Source of the DNA: an uncultured cyanobacterium
GTDB taxonomy: Bacteria; Cyanobacteriota; Cyanobacteriia; Cyanobacteriales; Nostocaceae
Direction of reading: 5' to 3'
DNA length: 64,000 nucleotides
Assembly (NCBI GenBank): GCA_963740315.1
Contig: CAVUDP010000002.1
Span: 1,536,001-1,600,000, forward strand
Shown here in pieces: positions 51,167 to 60,194 of the stretch. The first letter of the stretch is position 1, and each line of letters starts with the position of its first letter. A program made the translations under genes and the position numbers. The notes under the pieces are model-generated. The model searched no databases and was not told the origin of the DNA. It saw only the letters and a list, made by a program, of their open reading frames with translations.

Positions 51167-51964
51167 TGGTGCGTCTTCCTCTACTCCGTAAATACGATGA
51201 GTATTTAATTACTTGGGAGGGCATGGAAAATAATATGTTTATACTAGTCTAGGAGCTAATAGAAAATACCTTCAGAAAATCCTTAAACTGTGTAGGGATT
51301 TCCCAGACGGCGAACTTTCCCCATCAGTTCCCCAGCCTCCCTTTATTTATCAATCCCCTAGAAGTAAACTTTTATGGTTTCAACAATTTATCTGTTTTCC
51401 TGAGTCGCTAACAGCAACACTTAAATATGAAGTCAGTATGAGTTTTACTTAATTTAATATTACGACATATTCTGTCGATAGTAAAGAGCTTCAAATAAAT
51501 CTTTCCATTATAATGCATTAGCAGCAGCTTTGCCAAAAAAGATAACTAAATATCCTTTTTGCGAATGACTTTATATATATATAGTGACGTGAAAAAAGCT
51601 AATCCGGTTCTCCGCAAATAGCCGGATAACCGAACTTAAGGGGATTTGTCATGGGTGGATGTCACTAAATTAAGCTATTGCGGAATCGGGAATTGTGAAT
51701 TTGTAGTCATATTGTTGTCCTGTAGTCAGTATTTTCGCCGTTCCCAGCTTAAAAATACTCTATCTGAAGGTTAGTTTAGGACATAGAAAAGGATGACATC
51801 GCAATGTATCGTAGTATCCTATATTTGCAACACCAGGCACTCAGACTTATCAAGCTTAACCAAAATCATTAGATAAAAATGAATGATATTACACTCTCAG
51901 AATCTTGAAATCGCGTCAAGCAAACTGGATTACATTTTGACAGAGAGGGTTGAGGGGGGAGAAC

Positions 51965-51999
51965 AAGTTAGGAGTACTTCGACAAGCTCAGTAACCTTA
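51965..51999. repeat. Dispersed repeat TACTTCGACAAGCTCAGTAACC, copy 1
   Basis: Exact inverted copy at 55768-55802; third copy at 60063-60093. Confidence 0.9.
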
Positions 52000-52064
52000 T
52001 TGAGTGAGGAGTTATGAGTTATAAATTCATAACTGGTAACTGTTCACTGCTCACTGCTCACTGA

Positions 52065-53801
52065 TTAAAACCCCAAATCTGCTTTTGCTAATTCCGCTGC
52101 TGCAAATACTTCTTCGTCTGGTTTTTCTTCCCAGTCGGGGTCGCCAATTTCTTGGTAAAATGTACTGTCATAAGGACGAGTACGCACGACGACGGGCATG
52201 GGAACGGCATGACCTAAGATTAATGCTTGTTGTTTTGAATCTAGTTTCGCTAACACTGATTTCAAGCCTCCAGCCCCGGAAACTCCTGTAAAAATCGCGT
52301 CGATGTCTTTTTCGTCGTTGAGTAAGGCGGTGATGCGGGTACCAACTTGGGACATGACTTCATTATCTATCCCTGATGGTCTTTGGTCTACTACTAACAA
52401 AGTTACGAAATATTTCCGCATTTCACGAGCTATTGTACCAAAAATCGTACTTTGCACGATCGCCGAGTCAAGAAAACGGTGTGCTTCCTCGATTGTAATC
52501 ATTAACTGCAATGGTTTATCGACGGGATTTTTGGTTTGCAAAAACTTTTCTGCTTTACGAACGTATTGTTGGTGAATGCGTCGAGTAATCATGTTTGTCA
52601 CCAACATATAAGAAAGCATATCTGATTGAGAACCGAATTCTACTACAACATTTTTCCCAACTTCGAGCGATCGCATGATTTGAGTGATATAGTTGTGCGG
52701 ACAAGCAGCACGCATATACTTCATGTTGTCCATCCGCAACAGTTTGCGCTGTAATGCGGTAATTGAACCTTGGTGTCCCCGCTTTTCTTCGCAAAACATT
52801 TTGATTTCTTCGTTTGTCATGTTCAATAGTTGAACGATCCAAGATTTACCAAATTCGGCATGAAGAATATTAGCATTATCAATACTCGCGTCGGAAAGTC
52901 CCAACTCACGAGAACATAACTTAATATCTTCTACTTCAATTTGGTCGTAACTTAAATAAAGGTCTTGGGCGTGAGGCACCCCCCGACGTTTTGCAGACTC
53001 TGGATCTAAGGTGTAAACTTCTACTTTACTGGGAAATAACTGTTTTAAACCCTTAACAATATTTAAATTCTTACCTTCGGAAACCGCTTCCCAACCGTAT
53101 TCCGAGTGCATATCAAAAATTAAATTTACCGCAGCATTTTTCTTAATTGTCCCTGCCAAAAGTAAGCGCGTCAAAAAGGATTTACCAGTTCCAGATTTAC
53201 CAAAAACGCCATTACTTCTTTCCACAAACTTATTTAAATCGATGCAAACGGGTACTTCCATATCCAAAGGTTGCCCAATGGAAAAATTCTTCCTTTGTGG
53301 ATCGTCTTCCCAACCAAATACGCGGCGAAAGTCATCTTGGGAAGCTTCGTAAACTTGGCTAAAATGACTTGGAATTGTTTTAACTGGCATTAATTCCATC
53401 GTAGTACTAGTTTGTGCTTGAAACGATGCCAAACTAGTATTTACAGCCGTTTTTATCTTTGCAGACTTATTATCTCCCTCAAAATCGGATTCGTTGGATT
53501 CGGGAGTAAACATCAACATGGGTGAGAGATTAATAGTACCGTAAGTACCGCTTCCTGCCAAAATATCGCGCATAAAAGTATCTTCCCAACTTGGAGGATA
53601 AGCCACAATCCTCTGGTTGGAAATTCCCAACGCCACATCCGTCAGCATACAGAAAAATCGCGATCGCACCCCTTGCACAACCAGAAATTTACCCACCCGC
53701 ATATCTTCAACCAAAATATCGGGATGCAATCTAACTTCTAATCCCCCAGTTAAAGAACCTTGAATAACCGAACCTAATGGTTGTCTGCTAATAGAATTCA
53801 T
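52065..53801 (-). CDS. HerA-like ATPase (HAS barrel + DUF87)
   Basis: GVFGKSGTGKS, IFDMHSEY, IEEAHRF, IAREMRKY, VDQRPS. Confidence 0.9.
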   Translation of the reverse strand: MNSISRQPLGSVIQGSLTGGLEVRLHPDILVEDMRVGKFLVVQGVRSRFFCMLTDVALGISNQRIVAYPPSWEDTFMRDILAGSGTYGTINLSPMLMFTPESNESDFEGDNKSAKIKTAVNTSLASFQAQTSTTMELMPVKTIPSHFSQVYEASQDDFRRVFGWEDDPQRKNFSIGQPLDMEVPVCIDLNKFVERSNGVFGKSGTGKSFLTRLLLAGTIKKNAAVNLIFDMHSEYGWEAVSEGKNLNIVKGLKQLFPSKVEVYTLDPESAKRRGVPHAQDLYLSYDQIEVEDIKLCSRELGLSDASIDNANILHAEFGKSWIVQLLNMTNEEIKMFCEEKRGHQGSITALQRKLLRMDNMKYMRAACPHNYITQIMRSLEVGKNVVVEFGSQSDMLSYMLVTNMITRRIHQQYVRKAEKFLQTKNPVDKPLQLMITIEEAHRFLDSAIVQSTIFGTIAREMRKYFVTLLVVDQRPSGIDNEVMSQVGTRITALLNDEKDIDAIFTGVSGAGGLKSVLAKLDSKQQALILGHAVPMPVVVRTRPYDSTFYQEIGDPDWEEKPDEEVFAAAELAKADLGF

Positions 53802-53976
53802 ATAGTCAACGCATAATTTTATTCGTTCTGCTTAAAAGAATTTTAGCTGAAACCGGAGAAGCCCCACATCCGACCCGAAGGGCGGTGTGGGATGCGAATA
53901 ATGCGGGAGGCATAGCCACACCGCATTTTCGCTCATAAATCTTCTTAATAAAAGGCTCGCGTCCTAAACTGCAATG

Positions 53977-54153
53977 TTAATTTATTGACGGGCTTTTTAG
54001 GGCAGCGAGCTTTTTATCAATCTCTTCAGATGGTAATGAATCAATTAAATCCTCAAGAATTGATGTCATAGTTTTATCTTTGCTTGCCGCGTATAGTTTT
54101 AACTTATTCAATCTACGTTCACTCATTCTTACGTCTAATCTTTTTTTACTCAT
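53977..54153 (-). CDS. Small ribbon-helix-helix (CopG-like) protein
   Basis: MSKKRLDVRMSERRLNKLKLYAASKDKTMTSILEDLIDSL: alternating beta strand followed by two helices. Confidence 0.75.
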   Translation of the reverse strand: MSKKRLDVRMSERRLNKLKLYAASKDKTMTSILEDLIDSLPSEEIDKKLAALKSPSIN

Positions 54154-54217
54154 TAGTCTGTACAATGGCTGTATATTTGTGTTACTATATTTATAGGTCG
54201 AATCAAAGAATAAATCA

Positions 54218-55402
54218 ATGAGAATTTCTTACCAATACAAAATCAAGCCGACAAAACAACAAACAACAAAAATTGACAATACATTAAATATGTTGCGTCA
54301 TCAATATAATTTTTTGTTGACCCAAAGATTCAACTGGTATGAACGTTGGGGTTGTTCTATTGATAGATGCTCTTTGATTTGTCACCTTCCAGAATTGTCT
54401 GAGCAACCAAATTACTACAACCAGAAGGCATCATTAACTGAGCTTAAAAAGGAGCGTCCTTGGTATAAGGAAATTCATTCTCAAGTATTGCAGGAAGTTC
54501 CGAAAAGAGTTGAAAAAGCTTTTGATAGATGGCTTAAAGGTGACGTTAATGGTAAAAAGTCAGGCAGACCTAGATTCAAAGGTGAAGGTCAATATAAAAC
54601 TTTTACTTATCAGCAATTTAAACAACATCATTTCTCAAATGGGTTTATAAAACTTTCAAAGATTGGTGATGTAAAAGTAATTGTTCACCGTTCTATACCT
54701 GATGGTTTTACAATAAAAACCGTATCCGTTACTAAAAAAGCGGATGGTTATTATGTAACCTTGAGTCTCGATGATAAAACAGTACCAACAGTTAAGCTTG
54801 ACTTTGATGCAAATAAAATTGTTGGTATTGACGTAGGATTAATAGATTTTTTTGTTACGTCTGATAACGAACGAGTCAAAGCACCAAAACATTTACGTAA
54901 AGCAAAACGCAAATTACGTAAGATACAAAAGCGTGTTTCTCGTCGTAAAAAAGGCTCTAATAGACGTAAAAAAGCGATCGATAAGCTAGGTAAGCAACAT
55001 AAAAAAGTAGCTGATACAAGAAAAGATTTTCACTTCAAAACGGCTAATCAACTGCTCAAAAAGTATGATGTAGTGGTAGTTGAAAAGTTGAATATAAAGG
55101 GTCTAGCTAGAACTAGACTTGCTAAAAGTATTCATGATGCGGGATGGGGGCAATTCATTTTTATTCTGACAAATAAAGCCGAAAATGCTGGTTTGTCGGT
55201 TATCCCAGTAAAACCTCATGGTACTTCTCAAGAATGCTCAAATTGTGGTCATAAAGTAAAGAAACCGTTGTCGCAAAGAATGCACAATTGTCCGGTTTGT
55301 CATACTTCTTTATGCCGCGACCATAACGCAGCAATTAACATCAGGAATCGTGGGGCGCACGACCTGTATAAAAAAGCTCAGTTAATGTCTAGGGTTGCTT
55401 AG
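54218..55402 (+). CDS. tnpB: RNA-guided endonuclease TnpB
   Basis: YQYKIKPT, G.PRFK, RuvC-I GIDVG, RuvC-II VVEKL, zinc finger CSNC/CPVC, RuvC-III RDHNAAINI. Confidence 0.96.
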   Translation: MRISYQYKIKPTKQQTTKIDNTLNMLRHQYNFLLTQRFNWYERWGCSIDRCSLICHLPELSEQPNYYNQKASLTELKKERPWYKEIHSQVLQEVPKRVEKAFDRWLKGDVNGKKSGRPRFKGEGQYKTFTYQQFKQHHFSNGFIKLSKIGDVKVIVHRSIPDGFTIKTVSVTKKADGYYVTLSLDDKTVPTVKLDFDANKIVGIDVGLIDFFVTSDNERVKAPKHLRKAKRKLRKIQKRVSRRKKGSNRRKKAIDKLGKQHKKVADTRKDFHFKTANQLLKKYDVVVVEKLNIKGLARTRLAKSIHDAGWGQFIFILTNKAENAGLSVIPVKPHGTSQECSNCGHKVKKPLSQRMHNCPVCHTSLCRDHNAAINIRNRGAHDLYKKAQLMSRVA

Positions 55403-55804
55403 AGTCTCTGAGAAGCCCACACTCACCCGTTCACGCGTTCACCGCTAGGTGCGGCGAGGGCGTGCGGCTCAGGGGAGTATGTGGAGTACGTCACTTCTAC
55501 TGTATTAATTATGCGAACAATTGTACGAACAAATTTTAATAAAATTAGAAGTTAGGAGTTAGAAATTAGGAGTTAAGAATTTGTAATTCATAACTTACAT
55601 CTAATGTGTAGGAAAAGCTAAAAGCTTATATATAAGCGATAAAGACGCGGTACAATAAGTTGGTCTTAAGCTGTTCATATTAGACGTAACTCATTACTTC
55701 GTAGGCGATCGGTATCCTTTCTTGCAGTTATGAACTATAATTTTTTAACTCCTAACTCCTAACTCATTAAGGTTACTGAGCTTGTCGAAGTACTCCTAAC
55801 TTTT

Positions 55805-56599
55805 TCAGTCAATCTGAATCGATGTCGGCGCACTGGGGCTGTTGATAGTGGAACCGATTATTGGTTTGCGAAATTGCACGTAAAGTTTGTCGCGCCAATC
55901 AAAGAATGGTTGGTAAATTGGATTATCTGCTAAACCGGGTACTCCTTTACCTTTAATAGTTGGCGGTAAATCTAAATAAGCACCGTCTGGAAACTTTAAC
56001 AATATAGATAAACCTGCTACTGCAAAATCGGCAAGACACGGTTGATCGCCTAGCAAATAAGGACTATTTTCTAATATCAACGTCAAAGCTTCTAAATCTT
56101 GTTTCAAGTCTCTCATGGCACCTTGTACCGCATCTGGGCTGTAACCTACCCCCACACCCAATACTTTGAGTATGTCACCCGGTACTCCTTCCACCAAGGT
56201 TTTCAGTACATCTGGCGTGGAATTGGGTAACAAAGATTTACGAAAATACTGGTCTTTACTGATAGCGGAAAATAAAGCTTTTCTACTTTTACTACCAATG
56301 GATTCATCTGCCCATTCTTCCATCATTAAGCATAATCCCCGAAGTTTGGCATCTTGCGGCATCAGCGGACGTTCGGGGTATTGTGCATCTATATACTTAG
56401 CTATTTCCGTAGAATCCGCGATATATCTGCTACCGTCTTTGAGTACGGGTACTTGACGCTGCCCTGTTTTTTGAAATAATTCTACCTGTCCTATGCCAGG
56501 TGTTACCTCTATTTTGCGGTATTCTAGACCTTTATAATCTAGAATCAGACGCACTTTTTCTGAGTATTGAGAAAGTTCAAATTGGTATAACTCTAACAT
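55805..56599 (-). CDS. Glutathione S-transferase family protein
   Basis: SQYSEKVR, QVPVL, DSTEIA, LADFAV. Confidence 0.9.
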   Translation of the reverse strand: MLELYQFELSQYSEKVRLILDYKGLEYRKIEVTPGIGQVELFQKTGQRQVPVLKDGSRYIADSTEIAKYIDAQYPERPLMPQDAKLRGLCLMMEEWADESIGSKSRKALFSAISKDQYFRKSLLPNSTPDVLKTLVEGVPGDILKVLGVGVGYSPDAVQGAMRDLKQDLEALTLILENSPYLLGDQPCLADFAVAGLSILLKFPDGAYLDLPPTIKGKGVPGLADNPIYQPFFDWRDKLYVQFRKPIIGSTINSPSAPTSIQID

Positions 56600-57271
56600 A
56601 ATTAGCACTTCAGTAATTTGATGACCTATAAATTCTACAACTTTATTTTTGTTAAGAATAATTTCAACTTATAAATTAAGATTTTTATTACCTGGGAATT
56701 ATGTCTACAGAGCGATAAATTTTTTGCTTGCTTATGCTTGCTAAATCAAAAACTTATTTAATTTTTGATAAAAAACCAAGAAAATTGTCAAAGAATACTC
56801 AAATAATTAATTATTTATAAATAACTAAATTCAACCAAGTATTTTGATATCAAATTGAAAATGCTTACCCAGTATGGCATTTAGCTTTTGGTATCGAAGT
56901 CCCGTTACTTGTAAAGGAGAAAAAATCAAATATTCTATAGCACAAAAGATTCAATCCTGACATTTTTTATTTAATTTTTTATTTATTTTATATTTAGCCA
57001 ACTTATGTAAAAAAGTTATCTTTAAATATATACGTATGCTACAATAATTACAAACATTTACTGCGGAACTATAAATACAAATTGAGAGTCTTTACTATTA
57101 AATAATCGCGATAGCCTTATCAATAAAGTTAGTCAGATGATTTGGGATAAATAGAGTATCACCAACATTGCCATAAAGCAACAAAAATCCGATACGAATT
57201 AGATTTTTTGCCTAATAAAATGGTATAAGTCTTTAATGTAAAGTGTGGAATAAAAGCCAGATAACATCACC

Positions 57272-58162
57272 ATGAAGGTATATTACAGTAATTTACTGAC
57301 TAAATTAACTGGCATTGTGGGAGTGACCAGCATCAGCTTACTGATGGGTTTGTCAGCGAGAGCAAACAACGCGCTCAATCCTAATCCCAGTGTTTTTACA
57401 GAAGCTCCTAATAACCGCAGTCAAACAGTTCCGGTATCCGAAACTAATAACGAAGCAGTTATACGGACAAACAAGAGCGATAAGCCAAGTAAAATATTAG
57501 CGCAAAGCGGTGGGGTACTTAATCCTAGACCAAGTATTTTAGATGAGTGTCCGTACAATCGGGCTGCTTGTGGAAATAGTACACCCTCAACTTCACCAGC
57601 ACCTTTACCACCCTCAACTTCACCAGCACCAATACCAGCACCAATACCACCTACACCAGGAAATGTACCTCCCTTACCGGGAACGGAAGTTCCAACAATG
57701 CCAGGGGCGGAAACACAACCAACCCAACCATCAGCAGAAACCGAAAATCAGGACATTATAGATGTAGCGCAGGCAAATCCTTCGTTTACAATGCTGGTTA
57801 AGGCATTGCAAGCAGCAGGGTTAGTAGATACTTTAAAAGGAAACGGTCCTTTTACAGTTTTTGCACCTAGCGATGCAGCATTTGCGAAGTTACCACAAGA
57901 CGCGGTGCAGGATTTATTAAAGCCAGAAAACAAAGAAGTACTGGTGAAAATTCTGTCCTATCACGTAGTACCGGGTAGAGTACTTTCCACCGATTTACAA
58001 TCAGGGGAAGTAAAAAGCGTCGAAGGCGGACCAATTAGCGTTAGAGTTGACCCAGGTACGGGCGTACAGGTAAATGACGCTACCGTAGTTCAGCCTGACA
58101 TCAAAGCCAGCAACGGTATAATCCACGTGATCGACAACGTTATTTTGCCTCCCGATTTGTAA
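57272..58162 (+). CDS. Fasciclin-domain secreted protein
   Basis: Signal peptide, Pro-rich linker, GPFTVFAPSDAAF, LSYHVV, NGIIHVID.V.LP. Confidence 0.95.
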   Translation: MKVYYSNLLTKLTGIVGVTSISLLMGLSARANNALNPNPSVFTEAPNNRSQTVPVSETNNEAVIRTNKSDKPSKILAQSGGVLNPRPSILDECPYNRAACGNSTPSTSPAPLPPSTSPAPIPAPIPPTPGNVPPLPGTEVPTMPGAETQPTQPSAETENQDIIDVAQANPSFTMLVKALQAAGLVDTLKGNGPFTVFAPSDAAFAKLPQDAVQDLLKPENKEVLVKILSYHVVPGRVLSTDLQSGEVKSVEGGPISVRVDPGTGVQVNDATVVQPDIKASNGIIHVIDNVILPPDL

Positions 58163-58181
58163 AAATTTGGGAATTGTAAAT

Positions 58182-58290
58182 AGTTAGGAGTTAGGAGTGA
58201 GGAGTTAGGAATTAAAAATTCTTTTCCCTATCTCCCCATCTCCCTATCTCCCCATCTCCCCATCTCCCCATCTCCCCATCTCCCCATCTT
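58182..58290. repeat. (GGAGTTA)n followed by (CCCCATCT)n
   Basis: Read directly from the sequence. Confidence 0.9.
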
Positions 58291-58291
58291 C

Positions 58292-59833
58292 CTAACTCCG
58301 CGTATAACGATGCTTTACACCTTGAGGAAAATACTCTGGTTCTCCCATTGGTAATAATCTCACTTCTGGTGTTTGATATTCTGGGGGAACGTAATTTGCA
58401 AATTCGCTGTTAAGTCGTATTAGCTGTTTAAGAATAGAATCCTCTACAGCTTGTTTTTTCTCTTCATTGGCTTCAACTTCAGGAGCTAATTCTACAGCTA
58501 TAGATATAAAATTATTTTTATCCGCATCTTCTTGGATTTGCATCACAAATTTACCTGTTACCCAATCTCTGACTACAGGTTGTTCTAAACCAACTTTGAT
58601 ATTTTCTGGGTAGATATTCGCGCCGAAATAGGAAATAGTAAAGTTGGAACGTCCAAATACAAAAACGAAGGGTAAATTACGAATTCCTCTGGTATTTGAT
58701 AATGCTTCTGTCGGGTTAAATCCCCATTCTGATAAAAACTGAAGCATTGCATCATAAGTAATTATTCCCCCATTATCTAAAATGTTGTAACGTACCAAGG
58801 GAATTCCATTGTCTCCAGAAAATAAGATCGTACCTCTGTGTATGCCTTCTTTATTAGAATTAGAATCCGCTGATGGTATGACTTCAAAAAAACGATTCAT
58901 TGGGTCATACTGAACTAAAGTCGGTAAACGAGATTCACCAAATAAAGTACGGGCTGCATAAGGATTTTTTGCCAAAAACTGGCGAATGCAGATACTTAAC
59001 GGCGTTTCATTACCTAAAACTCCCGCATCCGCCGTACCGTAAAGCGATGCAAAATCATAACAGGGATTTTGGGAACCAACTCTTTCCCCTACTAAACTCC
59101 GCCATTCTTCGCTAAATACCTCTCCCGCCATTACGAATTTGATATTATGTTGCTTCAATTGAATATTGCGAGCAATACCCGTATCAATTACATCTTTAAG
59201 AAAAGGCGGATATCCTAATAAAACAGTTTGTTCAAAATTAGGACTTAATTCTTCTATGACTCGTAAAATTTCGGCTTTATTTGTACCTGGGGAAATTACG
59301 GTAACGGGATAACCTTTACTGGAAAGATAGCGACAGCAGTTAGTAGTAAACATTCCCCCTACCCAAGTTCCCAACGCAAAGCAAACTACAGCTAAAGTAC
59401 GTTTGTTATCCGCGAAAAAACTATCGTAAAATATTTGTTCAAACCGGGTAGCGATCGCCAATTCATCAGTGAAGAAGCGCAGCCAGAAAGTAGGTTTACC
59501 CGTAGAGCCAGATGAAGCGGCGATCGTATCGCAGCTTTCTATTTTTCCGTAACGGCAGAAATCCGCTAAGGGATAGCACTTGAGGTAATTATCTTTAGTA
59601 AGTGGCGGTAATTTTTGAAAATCGTCAAAAGTTTGAATCGTATCGGGATTAATTTGCTGTTGCGTCAAAAAAGCTTTATAAGCCGGTACATTTGCAGCAA
59701 CATCCCGAAATAACTTAATTATTTCCTTCTCTGGATTATTGTGAAGATGCTTTTGTAATAAAGTTTCGAGAGGAGTATGTAAAAAGTCCTCAAATCCCTT
59801 AATAGCCCGTTGACTTTGGTTTTCGTAGTTCAT
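58292..59833 (-). CDS. Phenylacetate-CoA ligase family (adenylate-forming) protein
   Basis: ASSGSTGKP, GYPPFL, AGE, YGTAD, PLVRY.I.D, GRS, GANIYP. Confidence 0.9.
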   Translation of the reverse strand: MNYENQSQRAIKGFEDFLHTPLETLLQKHLHNNPEKEIIKLFRDVAANVPAYKAFLTQQQINPDTIQTFDDFQKLPPLTKDNYLKCYPLADFCRYGKIESCDTIAASSGSTGKPTFWLRFFTDELAIATRFEQIFYDSFFADNKRTLAVVCFALGTWVGGMFTTNCCRYLSSKGYPVTVISPGTNKAEILRVIEELSPNFEQTVLLGYPPFLKDVIDTGIARNIQLKQHNIKFVMAGEVFSEEWRSLVGERVGSQNPCYDFASLYGTADAGVLGNETPLSICIRQFLAKNPYAARTLFGESRLPTLVQYDPMNRFFEVIPSADSNSNKEGIHRGTILFSGDNGIPLVRYNILDNGGIITYDAMLQFLSEWGFNPTEALSNTRGIRNLPFVFVFGRSNFTISYFGANIYPENIKVGLEQPVVRDWVTGKFVMQIQEDADKNNFISIAVELAPEVEANEEKKQAVEDSILKQLIRLNSEFANYVPPEYQTPEVRLLPMGEPEYFPQGVKHRYTRS

Positions 59834-59886
59834 AGCGCTTGTTGTACTCGGAAAATCGGATTATTATAGCCATTTATTAGATGTGA

Positions 59887-60115
59887 AGAGGGGGTAGAGG
59901 GGGTAGAGGGGGGAGATGGGGAGATGGGGAGATGGGGAGATGGGGAGATGGGGAGATGGGGAGATGGGGGGAAAACTAAAGATTCTCAACTCATAACTCA
60001 TAACTCCGGTGGTACTCACTCCTAACTCCTAACTCCTAACTCCTAACTCCTAACTCCTATACGGTTACTGAGCTTGTCGAAGTACTCCTAACTCCTAACA
60101 ACTAACAACTAACTC
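59887..60115. repeat. (GGGGAGAT)n followed by (TAACTCC)n with an embedded dispersed repeat
   Basis: Read directly from the sequence. Confidence 0.9.
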
Positions 60116-60194
60116 CCCATTCCTGGAAATTATACGTAAATTCATCTGACAACGTTGTAGTTATTAGCAAAAACCCTTTCATTTTTTGGGCATC

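Larger units (their letters stand above)
53851..55494 (+). mobile_element. IS200/IS605-superfamily element without tnpA (tnpB plus a divergent small gene)
   Basis: Related subterminal hairpins beginning GAGAAGCCC(C)ACA at both ends; the right end finishes GTGGAGTACGTCAC. Left boundary approximate. Confidence 0.85.

Noticed and set aside
52065..53801. HerA-based anti-phage system
   Set aside because: No adjacent Sir2, nuclease or other effector gene; it looks like a stand-alone HerA-like ATPase.
54218..55402. Nuclease-dead TnpB (TldR-like) repressor or type V CRISPR effector
   Set aside because: All RuvC catalytic residues are present, transposon ends are retained and there is no array.
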